A stretch of 63,836 nt of DNA, counting the filler. It is 11 parts of 11 records of this genome, joined end to end, with 100 filler letters (N's around TTAATTAATTAA, not from the genome) between each part and the next. Parts side by side here need not be neighbours in the genome. Positions count along the whole stretch, not along the records: positions 13,511 to 22,478 come from SRR11831585_299; positions 22,579 to 32,353 come from SRR11831585_300; 9 more parts are not named here. The stretch is one strand, 5' to 3'. Each line of letters starts with the position of its first letter. The first letter of the stretch is position 1. This document shows positions 14,916 to 26,864 of this stretch, in pieces. The notes under the pieces are model-generated. The model was not told the DNA's origin. It saw nothing but the letters and a program-made list of their open reading frames with translations, and did not search any database. Made by a program: the position numbers and the translations under genes.

Positions 14916-16250
14916 ATGAGTTCTGCCAAGAAGATCGGGCTATTTGCCTGTACCGGTGTTGTTGCCGGTAATATGATGGGGAGCGGTATTGCATTATTAC
15001 CTGCGAACCTAGCAAGTATCGGTGGTATTGCTATCTGAGGTTGGATTATCTCTATTATTGGTGCAATGTCGCTGGCGTATGTATATGCCCGACTGGCAAC
15101 AAAAAACCCGCAACAAGGTGGCCCAATTGCTTATGCCGGAGAAATTTCCCCTGCATTTGGTTTTCAGACAGGTGTTCTTTATTACCATGCTAACTGGATT
15201 GGTAACCTGGCGATTGGTATTACCGCTGTATCTTATCTTTCCACCTTCTTCCCAGTATTAAATGATCCTGTTCCGGCGGGTATCGCCTGTATTGCTATCG
15301 TCTGGGTATTTACCTTTGTAAATATGCTCGGCGGTACTTGGGTAAGCCGTTTAACCACTATTGGTCTGGTGCTGGTTCTTATTCCTGTGGTGATGACTGC
15401 TATTGTTGGCTGGCATTGGTTTGATGCGGCAACTTATGCAGCTAACTGGAATACTGCGGATACCACTGATGGTCATGCGATCATTAAAAGTATTCTGCTC
15501 TGCCTGTGGGCCTTCGTGGGTGTTGAATCCGCAGCTGTAAGTACTGGTATGGTTAAAAACCCGAAACGTACCGTTCCGCTGGCAACCATGCTGGGTACTG
15601 GTTTAGCAGGTATTGTTTACATCGCTGCGACTCAGGTGCTTTCCGGTATGTATCCGTCTTCTGTAATGGCGGCTTCCGGTGCTCCGTTTGCAATCAGTGC
15701 TTCAACTATCCTCGGTAACTGGGCTGCGCCGCTGGTTTCTGCATTCACCGCCTTTGCGTGCCTGACTTCTCTGGGCTCCTGGATGATGTTGGTAGGCCAG
15801 GCAGGTGTACGTGCCGCTAACGACGGTAACTTCCCGAAAGTTTATGGTGAAGTCGACAGCAACGGTATTCCGAAAAAAGGTCTGCTGCTGGCTGCAGTGA
15901 AAATGACTGCCCTGATGATCCTTATCACTCTGATGAACTCTGCCGGTGGTAAAGCATCTGACCTGTTCGGTGAACTGACCGGTATCGCAGTACTGCTGAC
16001 TATGCTGCCGTATTTCTACTCTTGCGTTGACCTGATTCGTTTTGAAGGCGTTAACATCCGCAACTTTGTCAGCCTGATCTGCTCTGTACTGGGTTGCGTG
16101 TTCTGCTTCATCGCGCTGATGGGCGCAAGCTCCTTCGAGCTGGCAGGTACCTTCATCGTCAGCCTGATTATCCTGATGTTCTACGCTCGCAAAATGCACG
16201 AGCGCCAGAGCCACTCAATGGATAACCACACCGCGTCTAACGCACATTAA
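14916..16250 (+). pseudogene. cadB: lysine:cadaverine antiporter with premature opal stop at codon 41
   Basis: AGGAG RBS and ATG at 14916 give [14 protein letters not shown]...GGIAI-TGA(15036-15038)-GWIISIIGAMSLAY; the frame stays intact to 16250 (444 codons). Confidence 0.9.
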
Positions 16251-16329
16251 TTAAAAGTATTTTCCGAGGCTCCTCCTTTCATTTTGTCCCATGTGTTGGG
16301 AGGGGCCTTTTTTACCTGGAGATATGACT

Positions 16330-18477
16330 ATGAACGTTATTGCAATATTGAATCACATGGGGGTTTATTTTAAAGAAGAACCCATCCGTGAACTTCATCG
16401 CGCGCTTGAACGTCTGAACTTCCAGATTGTTTACCCGAACGACCGTGACGACTTATTAAAACTGATCGAAAACAATGCGCGTCTGTGCGGCGTTATTTTT
16501 GACTGGGATAAATATAATCTCGAGCTGTGCGAAGAAATTAGCAAAATGAACGAGAACCTGCCGTTGTACGCGTTCGCTAATACGTATTCCACTCTCGATG
16601 TAAGCCTGAATGACCTGCGTTTACAGATTAGCTTCTTTGAATATGCGCTGGGTGCTGCTGAAGATATTGCTAATAAGATCAAGCAGACCACTGACGAATA
16701 TATCAACACTATTCTGCCTCCGCTGACTAAAGCACTGTTTAAATATGTTCGTGAAGGTAAATATACTTTCTGTACTCCTGGTCACATGGGCGGTACTGCA
16801 TTCCAGAAAAGCCCGGTAGGTAGCCTGTTCTATGATTTCTTTGGTCCGAATACCATGAAATCTGATATTTCCATTTCAGTATCTGAACTGGGTTCTCTGC
16901 TGGATCACAGTGGTCCACACAAAGAAGCAGAACAGTATATCGCTCGCGTCTTTAACGCAGACCGCAGCTACATGGTGACCAACGGTACTTCCACTGCGAA
17001 CAAAATTGTTGGTATGTACTCTGCTCCAGCAGGCAGCACCATTCTGATTGACCGTAACTGCCACAAATCGCTGACCCACCTGATGATGATGAGCGATGTT
17101 ACGCCAATCTATTTCCGCCCGACCCGTAACGCTTACGGTATTCTTGGTGGTATCCCACAGAGTGAATTCCAGCACGCTACCATTGCTAAGCGCGTGAAAG
17201 AAACACCAAACGCAACCTGGCCGGTACATGCTGTAATTACCAACTCTACCTATGATGGTCTGCTGTACAACACCGACTTCATCAAGAAAACACTGGATGT
17301 GAAATCCATCCACTTTGACTCCGCGTGGGTGCCTTACACCAACTTCTCACCGATTTACGAAGGTAAATGCGGTATGAGCGGTGGCCGTGTAGAAGGGAAA
17401 GTGATTTACGAAACCCAGTCCACTCACAAACTGCTGGCGGCGTTCTCTCAGGCTTCCATGATCCACGTTAAAGGTGACGTAAACGAAGAAACCTTTAACG
17501 AAGCCTACATGATGCACACCACCACTTCTCCGCACTACGGTATCGTGGCGTCCACTGAAACCGCTGCGGCGATGATGAAAGGCAATGCAGGTAAGCGTCT
17601 GATCAACGGTTCTATTGAACGTGCGATCAAATTCCGTAAAGAGATCAAACGTCTGAGAACGGAATCTGATGGCTGGTTCTTTGATGTATGGCAGCCGGAT
17701 CATATCGATACGACTGAATGCTGGCCGCTGCGTTCTGACAGCACCTGGCACGGCTTCAAAAACATCGATAACGAGCACATGTATCTTGACCCGATCAAAG
17801 TCACCCTGCTGACTCCGGGGATGGAAAAAGACGGCACCATGAGCGACTTTGGTATTCCGGCCAGCATCGTGGCGAAATACCTCGACGAACATGGCATCGT
17901 TGTTGAGAAAACCGGTCCGTATAACCTGCTGTTCCTGTTCAGCATCGGTATCGATAAGACCAAAGCACTGAGCCTGCTGCGTGCTCTGACTGACTTTAAA
18001 CGTGCGTTCGACCTGAACCTGCGTGTGAAAAACATGCTGCCGTCTCTGTATCGTGAAGATCCTGAATTCTATGAAAACATGCGTATTCAGGAACTGGCTC
18101 AGAATATCCACAAACTGATTGTTCACCACAATCTGCCGGATCTGATGTATCGCGCATTTGAAGTGCTGCCGACGATGGTAATGACTCCGTATGCTGCATT
18201 CCAGAAAGAGCTGCACGGTATGACCGAAGAAGTTTACCTCGACGAAATGGTAGGTCGTATTAACGCCAATATGATCCTTCCGTACCCGCCGGGAGTTCCT
18301 CTGGTAATGCCGGGTGAAATGATCACCGAAGAAAGCCGTCCGGTTCTGGAGTTCCTGCAGATGCTGTGTGAAATCGGCGCTCACTATCCGGGCTTTGAAA
18401 CCGATATTCACGGTGCATACCGTCAGGCTGATGGCCGCTATACCGTTAAGGTATTGAAAGAAGAAAGCAAAAAATAA
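16330..18477 (+). CDS. cadA: inducible lysine decarboxylase
   Basis: 715 aa MNVIAILNH, PLP site STHKLL. Confidence 0.98.
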   Translation: MNVIAILNHMGVYFKEEPIRELHRALERLNFQIVYPNDRDDLLKLIENNARLCGVIFDWDKYNLELCEEISKMNENLPLYAFANTYSTLDVSLNDLRLQISFFEYALGAAEDIANKIKQTTDEYINTILPPLTKALFKYVREGKYTFCTPGHMGGTAFQKSPVGSLFYDFFGPNTMKSDISISVSELGSLLDHSGPHKEAEQYIARVFNADRSYMVTNGTSTANKIVGMYSAPAGSTILIDRNCHKSLTHLMMMSDVTPIYFRPTRNAYGILGGIPQSEFQHATIAKRVKETPNATWPVHAVITNSTYDGLLYNTDFIKKTLDVKSIHFDSAWVPYTNFSPIYEGKCGMSGGRVEGKVIYETQSTHKLLAAFSQASMIHVKGDVNEETFNEAYMMHTTTSPHYGIVASTETAAAMMKGNAGKRLINGSIERAIKFRKEIKRLRTESDGWFFDVWQPDHIDTTECWPLRSDSTWHGFKNIDNEHMYLDPIKVTLLTPGMEKDGTMSDFGIPASIVAKYLDEHGIVVEKTGPYNLLFLFSIGIDKTKALSLLRALTDFKRAFDLNLRVKNMLPSLYREDPEFYENMRIQELAQNIHKLIVHHNLPDLMYRAFEVLPTMVMTPYAAFQKELHGMTEEVYLDEMVGRINANMILPYPPGVPLVMPGEMITEESRPVLEFLQMLCEIGAHYPGFETDIHGAYRQADGRYTVKVLKEESKK

Positions 18478-18488
18478 TTAGCTCGTAC

Positions 18489-18518
18489 AAGGGAAGTGGC
18501 TTGCCACTTCCCTTTTTT
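18489..18518 (+). terminator. intrinsic terminator after cadA
   Basis: AAGGGAAGTGGC-tt-GCCACTTCCCTTTTTT. Confidence 0.85.
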
Positions 18519-18535
18519 GCTCATAAGGAGAACAC

Positions 18536-19993
18536 ATGAAAACACCCTCACAGCCGCGCGCGATATACTATATCGTGGCGATCCAAATCTGGGAGTACTT
18601 CAGTTTTTACGGCATGCGTGCCTTACTCATTCTCTATCTCACCCATCAGCTTGGTTTTGATGATAACCATGCCATCAGCCTGTTCAGCGCATATGCTTCT
18701 CTGGTTTACGTTACCCCTATTCTCGGCGGCTGGCTTGCCGACCGCCTGCTCGGCAACCGCACTGCAGTGATTGCCGGCGCGCTGTTAATGACCCTTGGCC
18801 ATGTGGTGCTGGGTATTGATACAAATTCAACCTTTAGCCTGTATCTGGCGCTGGCAATCATTATTTGTGGCTACGGTTTATTCAAATCAAACATCAGCTG
18901 TTTGCTTGGCGAGCTCTACGACGAGAACGATCATCGACGTGATGGCGGTTTTTCGCTGCTGTATGCTGCGGGCAATATCGGTTCTATCGCAGCCCCAATC
19001 GCCTGCGGCCTGGCTGCTCAGTGGTATGGATGGCATGTTGGCTTTGCCCTTGCGGGTGGCGGCATGTTTATCGGTTTGTTGATTTTCTTAAGCGGTCATC
19101 GTCATTTCCAGTCCACACGTAGTATGGATAAAAAAGCGCTCACTAGTGTCAAATTTGCCTTACCAGTATGGAGCTGGTTAGTGGTGATGCTCTGTTTAGC
19201 CCCAGTATTTTTTACTCTGCTGCTGGAGAACGACTGGTCCGGATATTTGCTGGCGATCGTTTGCCTCATTGCCGCACAAATCATTGCCCGCATGATGATC
19301 AAATTCCCCGAACATCGCCGTGCTCTTTGGCAAATTGTATTGTTGATGTTTGTCGGGACATTGTTCTGGGTACTGGCACAACAGGGCGGCAGTACCATCA
19401 GCTTGTTTATCGATCGCTTTGTGAATCGTCAGGCATTCAATATTGAAGTACCTACAGCACTATTCCAGTCGGTGAATGCAATTGCGGTGATGCTCGCTGG
19501 GGTTGTACTGGCCTGGCTGGCGTCGCCAGAAAGCCGCGGCAACTCAACATTGCGCGTCTGGCTGAAGTTTGCCTTTGGCTTACTGCTGATGGCTTGTGGC
19601 TTTATGTTGTTGGCATTTGATGCCCGACATGCAGCGGCTGACGGTCAAGCGTCAATGGGCGTGATGATATCCGGGCTGGCGCTAATGGGCTTTGCCGAAC
19701 TCTTTATTGACCCGGTGGCGATTGCGCAAATCACGCGTCTGAAAATGTCTGGCGTATTAACCGGGATTTATATGCTGGCAACAGGCGCGGTCGCCAACTG
19801 GCTGGCAGGCGTCGTGGCACAGCAGACGACAGAGTCGCAAATTAGCGGTATGGCAATTGCAGCTTACCAGCGATTCTTTTCTCAGATGGGAGAGTGGACG
19901 TTGGCTTGTGTCGCGATCATCGTCGTATTGGCCTTTGCTACCCGTTTTCTGTTTAGCACGCCGACGAATATGATACAGGAGAGCAACGATTAA
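18536..19993 (+). CDS. dtpC: POT-family dipeptide:H+ symporter
   Basis: 485 aa MFS protein with [10 protein letters not shown] variant of the ExxERF motif (YjdL). Confidence 0.93.
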   Translation: MKTPSQPRAIYYIVAIQIWEYFSFYGMRALLILYLTHQLGFDDNHAISLFSAYASLVYVTPILGGWLADRLLGNRTAVIAGALLMTLGHVVLGIDTNSTFSLYLALAIIICGYGLFKSNISCLLGELYDENDHRRDGGFSLLYAAGNIGSIAAPIACGLAAQWYGWHVGFALAGGGMFIGLLIFLSGHRHFQSTRSMDKKALTSVKFALPVWSWLVVMLCLAPVFFTLLLENDWSGYLLAIVCLIAAQIIARMMIKFPEHRRALWQIVLLMFVGTLFWVLAQQGGSTISLFIDRFVNRQAFNIEVPTALFQSVNAIAVMLAGVVLAWLASPESRGNSTLRVWLKFAFGLLLMACGFMLLAFDARHAAADGQASMGVMISGLALMGFAELFIDPVAIAQITRLKMSGVLTGIYMLATGAVANWLAGVVAQQTTESQISGMAIAAYQRFFSQMGEWTLACVAIIVVLAFATRFLFSTPTNMIQESND

Positions 19994-20229
19994 CTGTCGT
20001 AAAAACAATTGGTTATGAATAAATTAACTTTCAGTTTATAACACTAACAAATCGAGATTAATAAGTCATTTAAACCATTTTGATGGTTATTTATTAGTGA
20101 TATCAACTTGAGGTAAGCGTTAGTTTCGATAAGATAAACTGAGTTACTAATAGTCGAGGCAGATAATACAGTGTACCGATCTGTCTCTTTATCTACGCTA
20201 AATTGAAAGCTGGATTTAGAGGAACCAAA

Positions 20230-21747
20230 ATGTCTGAACAAGAAACACGGGGAGCCAATGAGGCTATTGATTTTAACGATGAACTGAGAAATCGCCGCGA
20301 AAAACTGGCGGCACTACGTCAGCAAGGTGTGGCGTTTCCCAATGATTTTCGCCGCGACCATACCTCTGACCAGTTGCACGAAGAGTTTGATGCGAAGGAT
20401 AACCAGGAACTGGAATCCTTAAACATTGAAGTCTCGGTTGCTGGCCGAATGATGACCCGTCGTATCATGGGGAAAGCCTCCTTTGTAACGTTGCAGGATG
20501 TCGGTGGCCGTATTCAACTGTACGTTGCAAGAGATAGCCTGCCAGAAGGTGTTTATAACGATCAGTTTAAAAAATGGGATCTGGGTGACATTATCGGTGC
20601 CCGCGGTACGCTGTTTAAGACGCAAACGGGTGAGCTTTCCATTCACTGTACTGAGCTGCGCCTGCTGACTAAAGCACTACGTCCTTTACCAGATAAATTC
20701 CATGGTCTGCAGGATCAGGAAGTCCGTTATCGTCAACGTTATCTGGACCTCATCGCTAACGATAAATCCCGTCAAACGTTTGTTGTCCGTTCAAAAATTC
20801 TGGCCGCTATCCGTCAATTCATGGTCGCGCGCGGCTTTATGGAAGTAGAAACCCCGATGATGCAGGTAATTCCAGGTGGGGCATCTGCTCGCCCGTTTAT
20901 TACCCATCATAATGCTCTGGATTTAGATATGTATCTGCGTATCGCGCCGGAGCTGTATCTGAAACGTCTGGTTGTAGGCGGTTTTGAACGGGTATTCGAA
21001 ATCAACCGTAACTTCCGTAATGAAGGTATTTCTGTTCGCCATAATCCTGAGTTCACAATGATGGAACTCTACATGGCGTATGCGGATTACCACGATTTGA
21101 TTGAACTGACAGAGTCACTGTTCCGCACCCTGGCACAAGAGGTTCTGGGTACCACTAAAGTCACTTATGGCGAGCATGTGTTTGATTTCGGCAAACCGTT
21201 TGAAAAACTCACCATGCGCGAAGCAATCAAAAAATATCGTCCAGAAACCGATATGGCCGACCTGGATAATTTTGATGCTGCTAAAGCATTAGCTGAATCT
21301 ATCGGTATTACGGTAGAGAAAAGCTGGGGGTTGGGACGTATTGTCACAGAGATCTTTGATGAAGTGGCAGAAGCACATCTGATTCAGCCAACCTTTATTA
21401 CGGAATATCCGGCAGAAGTGTCCCCGCTGGCACGCCGTAATGATGTTAACCCGGAAATCACCGACCGTTTTGAATTCTTCATCGGTGGTCGTGAAATCGG
21501 TAATGGTTTTAGCGAATTAAACGACGCAGAAGATCAGGCTGAACGTTTCCAGGAACAGGTTAATGCTAAAGCTGCAGGTGACGACGAAGCCATGTTCTAT
21601 GACGAAGATTACGTGACTGCGCTGGAATATGGTCTGCCGCCAACCGCTGGTCTGGGTATTGGTATCGACCGAATGATTATGCTGTTTACTAACAGCCATA
21701 CTATTCGCGACGTTATTCTCTTCCCGGCGATGCGCCCACAGAAATAA
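20230..21747 (+). CDS. lysU: lysyl-tRNA synthetase, heat-inducible
   Basis: 505 aa [10 protein letters not shown], class II motifs ([13 protein letters not shown]). Confidence 0.97.
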
Positions 21748-21758
21748 ATTTCACTTTA

Positions 21759-21792
21759 ATGAACGAAGCAGTCAGGCGACTGCTTCGTTCAT
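21759..21792. terminator. hairpin between convergent lysU and ghoT
   Basis: ATGAACGAAGCAGTC-aggc-GACTGCTTCGTTCAT perfect stem. Confidence 0.7.
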
Positions 21793-21865
21793 CGTTCCGC
21801 AAATCCAGTTTTGAGGAGAGACGCTTCGTTTCACGATAACCAGCGGGTCCACTCAACTACAGCTC

Positions 21866-22039
21866 CTAAAAGAGAGAAAAAAGTAATGCCACAGGCAGAC
21901 TCATTGGCCAGGTTATTCCGACCAGGAATGCACTAAGTAAACGAATATGTGTTTTCTCATGTGAGATAAACCAGATAATGACAAAGGATATGTTCACACC
22001 AATCACATAAAAAATTAATATTTTAGAGAATAGTGCCAT
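21866..22039 (-). CDS. ghoT: type V toxin GhoT (57-aa membrane peptide, absent from the ORF track)
   Basis: MALFSKILIFYVIGVNISFVIIWFISHEKTHIRLLSAFLVGITWPMSLPVALLFSLF*, downstream of ghoS. Confidence 0.92.
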   Translation of the reverse strand: MALFSKILIFYVIGVNISFVIIWFISHEKTHIRLLSAFLVGITWPMSLPVALLFSLF

Positions 22040-22066
22040 TTTTTATGTTCTTCTTATCCTTCCTGG

Positions 22067-22363
22067 CTACTTGTAAAACTGACGGAAATAGTCATCAACT
22101 GTCATAATGTTGAGGTCAAAATCAATATCCGGTAAGTCTAAGCATTTGAGCCTGATTAAATCTTCGATTTCACTTGCGGCTAACGATGTCGTTATTGCGA
22201 AGGAGTTTTCATTCAATTGTCGTGGTATCCCATATTCATCAGCCACGATAGAGGAGAAATTCATATCATACATCAATGATCTTAATCTTAAGAACACTGA
22301 GGAATAAGATGATGGATAATCAAAAGAAACAACATAAGTATTGAACTTGTTTTTACCTTCCAT
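22067..22363 (-). CDS. ghoS: type V antitoxin endoribonuclease GhoS
   Basis: 98 aa MEGKNKFNTYVVSFDY. Confidence 0.93.
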   Translation of the reverse strand: MEGKNKFNTYVVSFDYPSSYSSVFLRLRSLMYDMNFSSIVADEYGIPRQLNENSFAITTSLAASEIEDLIRLKCLDLPDIDFDLNIMTVDDYFRQFYK

Positions 22364-22578
22364 AATATGACTCCTATCAATATTAAACGCTCTGGGGACG
22401 CAAAACTTATTAACCCCGATTGATGATTCTCATATAGGAGATATTCTTTTTTTTGCTCAGTAAAGGGGATGACTTGGGNNNNNNNNNNNNNNNNNNNNNN
22501 NNNNNNNNNNNNNNNNNNNNNNTTAATTAATTAANNNNNNNNNNNNNNNNNNNNNNNNNNNNNNNNNNNNNNNNNNNN

Positions 22579-22607
22579 AGGATAAGGCGTTCACGCCGCA
22601 TCCGGCA
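22579..22607. repeat. REP element (partial, at contig start)
   Basis: GGATAAGGCGTTCACGCCGCATCCGGCA. Confidence 0.85.
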
Positions 22608-22619
22608 TTGACTGCAAAC

Positions 22620-23396
22620 TTAACGCTGCTCGTAGCGTTTAAACACCAGTTCGCCATTGCTGGAGGAATCTTCATCAAAGAAGTAACCTTCGCTATTAAA
22701 ACCAGTCAGTTGCTCTGGTTTGGTCAGCCGATTTTCAATAATGAAACGACTCATCAGACCGCGTGCTTTCTTAGCGTAGAAGCTGATGATCTTAAATTTG
22801 CCGTTCTTCTCATCGAGGAACACCGGCTTGATAATCTCGGCATTCAATTTCTTCGGCTTCACCGATTTAAAATACTCATCTGACGCCAGATTAATCACCA
22901 CATTATCGCCTTGTGCTGCGAGCGCCTCGTTCAGCTTGTTGGTGATGATATCTCCCCAGAATTGATACAGATCTTTCCCTCGGGCATTCTCAAGACGGAT
23001 CCCCATTTCCAGACGATAAGGCTGCATTAAATCGAGCGGGCGGAGTACGCCATACAAGCCGGAAAGCATTCGCAAATGCTGTTGGGCAAAATCGAAATCG
23101 TCTTCGCTGAAGGTTTCGGCCTGCAAGCCGGTGTAGACATCACCTTTAAACGCCAGAATCGCCTGGCGGGCATTCGCCGGCGTGAAATCTGGCTGCCAGT
23201 CATGAAAGCGAGCGGCGTTGATACCCGCCAGTTTGTCGCTGATGCGCATCAGCGTGCTAATCTGCGGAGGCGTCAGTTTCCGCGCCTCATGGATCAACTG
23301 CTGGGAATTGTCTAACAGCTCCGGCAGCGTATAGCGCGTGGTGGTCAACGGGCTTTGGTAATCAAGCGTTTTCGCAGGTGAAATAAGAATCAGCAT
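22620..23396 (-). CDS. yaaA: peroxide stress resistance protein YaaA (DUF328)
   Basis: 258 aa [12 protein letters not shown]. Confidence 0.95.
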
Positions 23397-23465
23397 ATCC
23401 AGTCCTTGCAGGAAATTTATGCCGACTTTAGCAAAAAATGAGAATGAGTTGATCGATAGTTGTGA

Positions 23466-24896
23466 TTACTCCTGCGAAACATCATCCCACGCGTCCGGAG
23501 AAAGCTGGCGACCGATATCCGGATAACGCAATGGATCAAACACCGGGCGCACGCCGAGTTTACGCTGGCGTAGATAATCACTGGCAATGGTATGAACCAC
23601 AGGCGAGAGCAGTAAAATGGCGGTCAAATTGGTAATAGCCATGCAGGCCATTATGATATCTGCCAGTTGCCACATCAGCGGAAGGCTTAGCAAGGTGCCG
23701 CCGATGACCGTTGCGAAGGTGCAGATCCGCAAACACCAGATCGCTTTAGGGTTGTTCAGGCGTAAAAAGAAGAGATTGTTTTCGGCATAAATGTAGTTGG
23801 CAACGATGGAGCTGAAGGCAAACAGAATAACCACAAGGGTAACAAACTCAGCACCCCAGGAACCCATTAGCACCCGCATCGCCTTCTGGATAAGCTGAAT
23901 ACCTTCCAGCGGCATGTAGGTTGTGCCGTTACCCGCCAGTAATATCAGCATGGCGCTTGCCGTACAGATGACCAGGGTGTCGATAAAAATGCCAATCATC
24001 TGGACAATCCCTTGCGCTGCCGGATGCGGAGGCCAGGACGCCGCTGCCGCTGCCGCGTTTGGCGTCGAACCCATTCCCGCCTCATTGGAAAACATACTGC
24101 GCTGAAAACCGTTAGTAATCGCCTGGCTTAAGGTATATCCCGCCGCGCCGCCTGCCGCTTCCTGCCAGCCAAAAGCACTCTCAAAAATAGACCAAATGAC
24201 GTGGGGAAGTTGCCCGATATTCATTACGCAAATTACCAGGCTGGTCAGTACCCAGATTATCGCCATCAACGGGACAAAGCCCTGCATGAGCCGGGCGACG
24301 CCATGAAGACCGCGAGTGATTGCCAGCAGAGTAAAGACAGCGAGAATAATGCCTGTCACCAGCGGGGGAAAATCAAAAGAAAAACTCAGGGCGCGGGCAA
24401 CGGCGTTCGCTTGAACTCCGCTGAAAATTATGCCATAGGCGATGAGCAAAAAGACGGCGAACAGAACGCCCATCCAGCGCATCCCCAGCCCGCGCGCCAT
24501 ATACCATGCCGGTCCGCCACGAAACTGCCCATTGACGTCACGTTCTTTATAAAGTTGTGCCAGAGAACATTCGGCAAACGAGGTCGCCATGCCGATAAAC
24601 GCGGCAACCCACATCCAAAAGACGGCTCCAGGTCCACCGGCGGTAATAGCCAGCGCAACGCCGGCCAGGTTGCCGCTACCCACGCGCGCCGCAAGACTGG
24701 TACACAATGACTGAAATGAGGTTAAACCGCCTGGCTGTGGATGAATGCTATTTTTAAGACTTTTGCCAAACTGGCGGATGTAGCGAAACTGCACAAATCC
24801 GGTGCGAAAAGTGAACCAACAACCTGCGCCGAAGAGCAGGTAAATCATTACCGATCCCCAAAGGACGCTGTTAATGAAGGAGAAAAAATCTGGCAT
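23466..24896 (-). CDS. yaaJ: alanine/glycine:cation symporter family protein
   Basis: 476 aa, GGPGAVFWMW and FSNEAGMGS motifs. Confidence 0.94.
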   Translation of the reverse strand: MPDFFSFINSVLWGSVMIYLLFGAGCWFTFRTGFVQFRYIRQFGKSLKNSIHPQPGGLTSFQSLCTSLAARVGSGNLAGVALAITAGGPGAVFWMWVAAFIGMATSFAECSLAQLYKERDVNGQFRGGPAWYMARGLGMRWMGVLFAVFLLIAYGIIFSGVQANAVARALSFSFDFPPLVTGIILAVFTLLAITRGLHGVARLMQGFVPLMAIIWVLTSLVICVMNIGQLPHVIWSIFESAFGWQEAAGGAAGYTLSQAITNGFQRSMFSNEAGMGSTPNAAAAAASWPPHPAAQGIVQMIGIFIDTLVICTASAMLILLAGNGTTYMPLEGIQLIQKAMRVLMGSWGAEFVTLVVILFAFSSIVANYIYAENNLFFLRLNNPKAIWCLRICTFATVIGGTLLSLPLMWQLADIIMACMAITNLTAILLLSPVVHTIASDYLRQRKLGVRPVFDPLRYPDIGRQLSPDAWDDVSQE

Positions 24897-25174
24897 GCAT
24901 ATCCCTCTTATTGCCGGTCGCGATGACTTTCCTGTGTAAACGTTACCAATTGTTTAAGAAGTATATACGCTACGAGGTACTTGATAACTTCTGCGTAGCA
25001 TACATGAGGTTTTGTATAAAAATGGCGGGCGATATCAACGCAGTGTCAGAAATCCGAAACAGTCTCGCCTGGCGATAACCGTCTTGTCGGCGGTTGCGCT
25101 GACGTTGCGTCGTGATATCATCAGGGCAGACCGGTTACATCCCCCTAACAAGCTGTTTAAAGAGAAATACTATC

Positions 25175-26128
25175 ATGACGGACAAATTGACCTCCCTTCG
25201 TCAGTACACCACCGTAGTGGCCGACACTGGGGACATCGCGGCAATGAAGCTGTATCAACCGCAGGATGCCACAACCAACCCTTCTCTCATTCTTAACGCA
25301 GCGCAGATTCCGGAATACCGTAAGTTGATTGATGATGCTGTCGCCTGGGCGAAACAGCAGAGCAACGATCGCGCGCAGCAGATCGTGGACGCGACCGACA
25401 AACTGGCAGTAAATATTGGTCTGGAAATCCTGAAACTGGTTCCGGGCCGTATCTCAACTGAAGTTGATGCGCGTCTTTCCTATGACACCGAAGCGTCAAT
25501 TGCGAAAGCAAAACGCCTGATCAAACTCTACAACGATGCTGGTATTAGCAACGATCGTATTCTGATCAAACTGGCTTCTACCTGGCAGGGTATCCGTGCT
25601 GCAGAACAGCTGGAAAAAGAAGGCATCAACTGTAACCTGACCCTGCTGTTCTCCTTCGCTCAGGCTCGTGCTTGTGCGGAAGCGGGCGTGTTCCTGATCT
25701 CGCCGTTTGTTGGCCGTATTCTTGACTGGTACAAAGCGAATACCGATAAGAAAGAGTACGCTCCGGCAGAAGATCCGGGCGTGGTTTCTGTATCTGAAAT
25801 CTACCAGTACTACAAAGAGCACGGTTATGAAACCGTGGTTATGGGCGCAAGCTTCCGTAACATCGGCGAAATTCTGGAACTGGCAGGCTGCGACCGTCTG
25901 ACCATCGCACCGGCACTGCTGAAAGAGCTGGCGGAGAGCGAAGGGGCTATCGAACGTAAACTGTCTTACACCGGCGAAGTGAAAGCGCGTCCGGCGCGTA
26001 TCACTGAGTCCGAGTTCCTGTGGCAGCACAACCAGGATCCAATGGCAGTAGATAAACTGGCGGAAGGTATCCGTAAGTTTGCTATTGACCAGGAAAAACT
26101 GGAAAAAATGATCGGCGATCTGCTGTAA
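25175..26128 (+). CDS. talB: transaldolase B
   Basis: 317 aa [20 protein letters not shown] motif. Confidence 0.97.
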
Positions 26129-26242
26129 TCATTCTTAGCGTGACCGGGAAGTCGGTCACGCTACCTCTTCTGAAGCCTGTCTGTCACTCCCTTCGCAGTG
26201 TATCATTCTGTTTAACGAGACTGTTTAAACGGAAAAATCTTG

Positions 26243-26830
26243 ATGAATACTTTACGTATTGGCTTAGTTTCCATCTCTGATCGCGCATCCAGCGGCGTTT
26301 ATCAGGATAAAGGCATCCCTGCGCTGGAAGAATGGCTGACATCGGCGCTAACCACGCCGTTTGAACTGGAAACCCGCTTAATCCCCGATGAGCAGGCGAT
26401 CATCGAGCAAACGTTGTGTGAGCTGGTGGATGAAATGAGTTGCCATCTGGTGCTCACCACGGGCGGAACTGGCCCGGCGCGTCGTGACGTAACGCCCGAT
26501 GCGACGCTGGCAGTAGCGGACCGCGAGATGCCTGGCTTTGGTGAACAGATGCGCCAGATCAGCCTGCATTTTGTACCAACTGCGATCCTTTCGCGTCAGG
26601 TGGGCGTGATTCGCAAACAGGCGCTGATCCTTAACTTACCCGGTCAGCCGAAGTCTATTAAAGAGACGCTGGAAGGTGTGAAGGACGCTGAGGGTAACGT
26701 TGTGGTACACGGTATTTTTGCCAGCGTACCGTACTGCATTCAGTTGCTGGAAGGGCCATACGTTGAAACGGCACCGGAAGTGGTTGCAGCATTCAGACCG
26801 AAGAGTGCAAGACGCGACGTTAGCGAATAA
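26243..26830 (+). CDS. mog: molybdopterin adenylyltransferase
   Basis: TTGGTG...RDVTPDA motif. Confidence 0.95.
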   Translation: MNTLRIGLVSISDRASSGVYQDKGIPALEEWLTSALTTPFELETRLIPDEQAIIEQTLCELVDEMSCHLVLTTGGTGPARRDVTPDATLAVADREMPGFGEQMRQISLHFVPTAILSRQVGVIRKQALILNLPGQPKSIKETLEGVKDAEGNVVVHGIFASVPYCIQLLEGPYVETAPEVVAAFRPKSARRDVSE

Positions 26831-26864
26831 AAAAATCCCCCCGAGCGGGGGGATCTCAAAACAA

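Noticed and set aside
15036..15038. cadB TGA as selenocysteine or UGA=Trp recoding
   Set aside because: The position is a membrane Trp, no bacterial SECIS-like hairpin is evident right after it, and TGA ends other genes here (nrdF, htpG). A simple nonsense mutation fits best.
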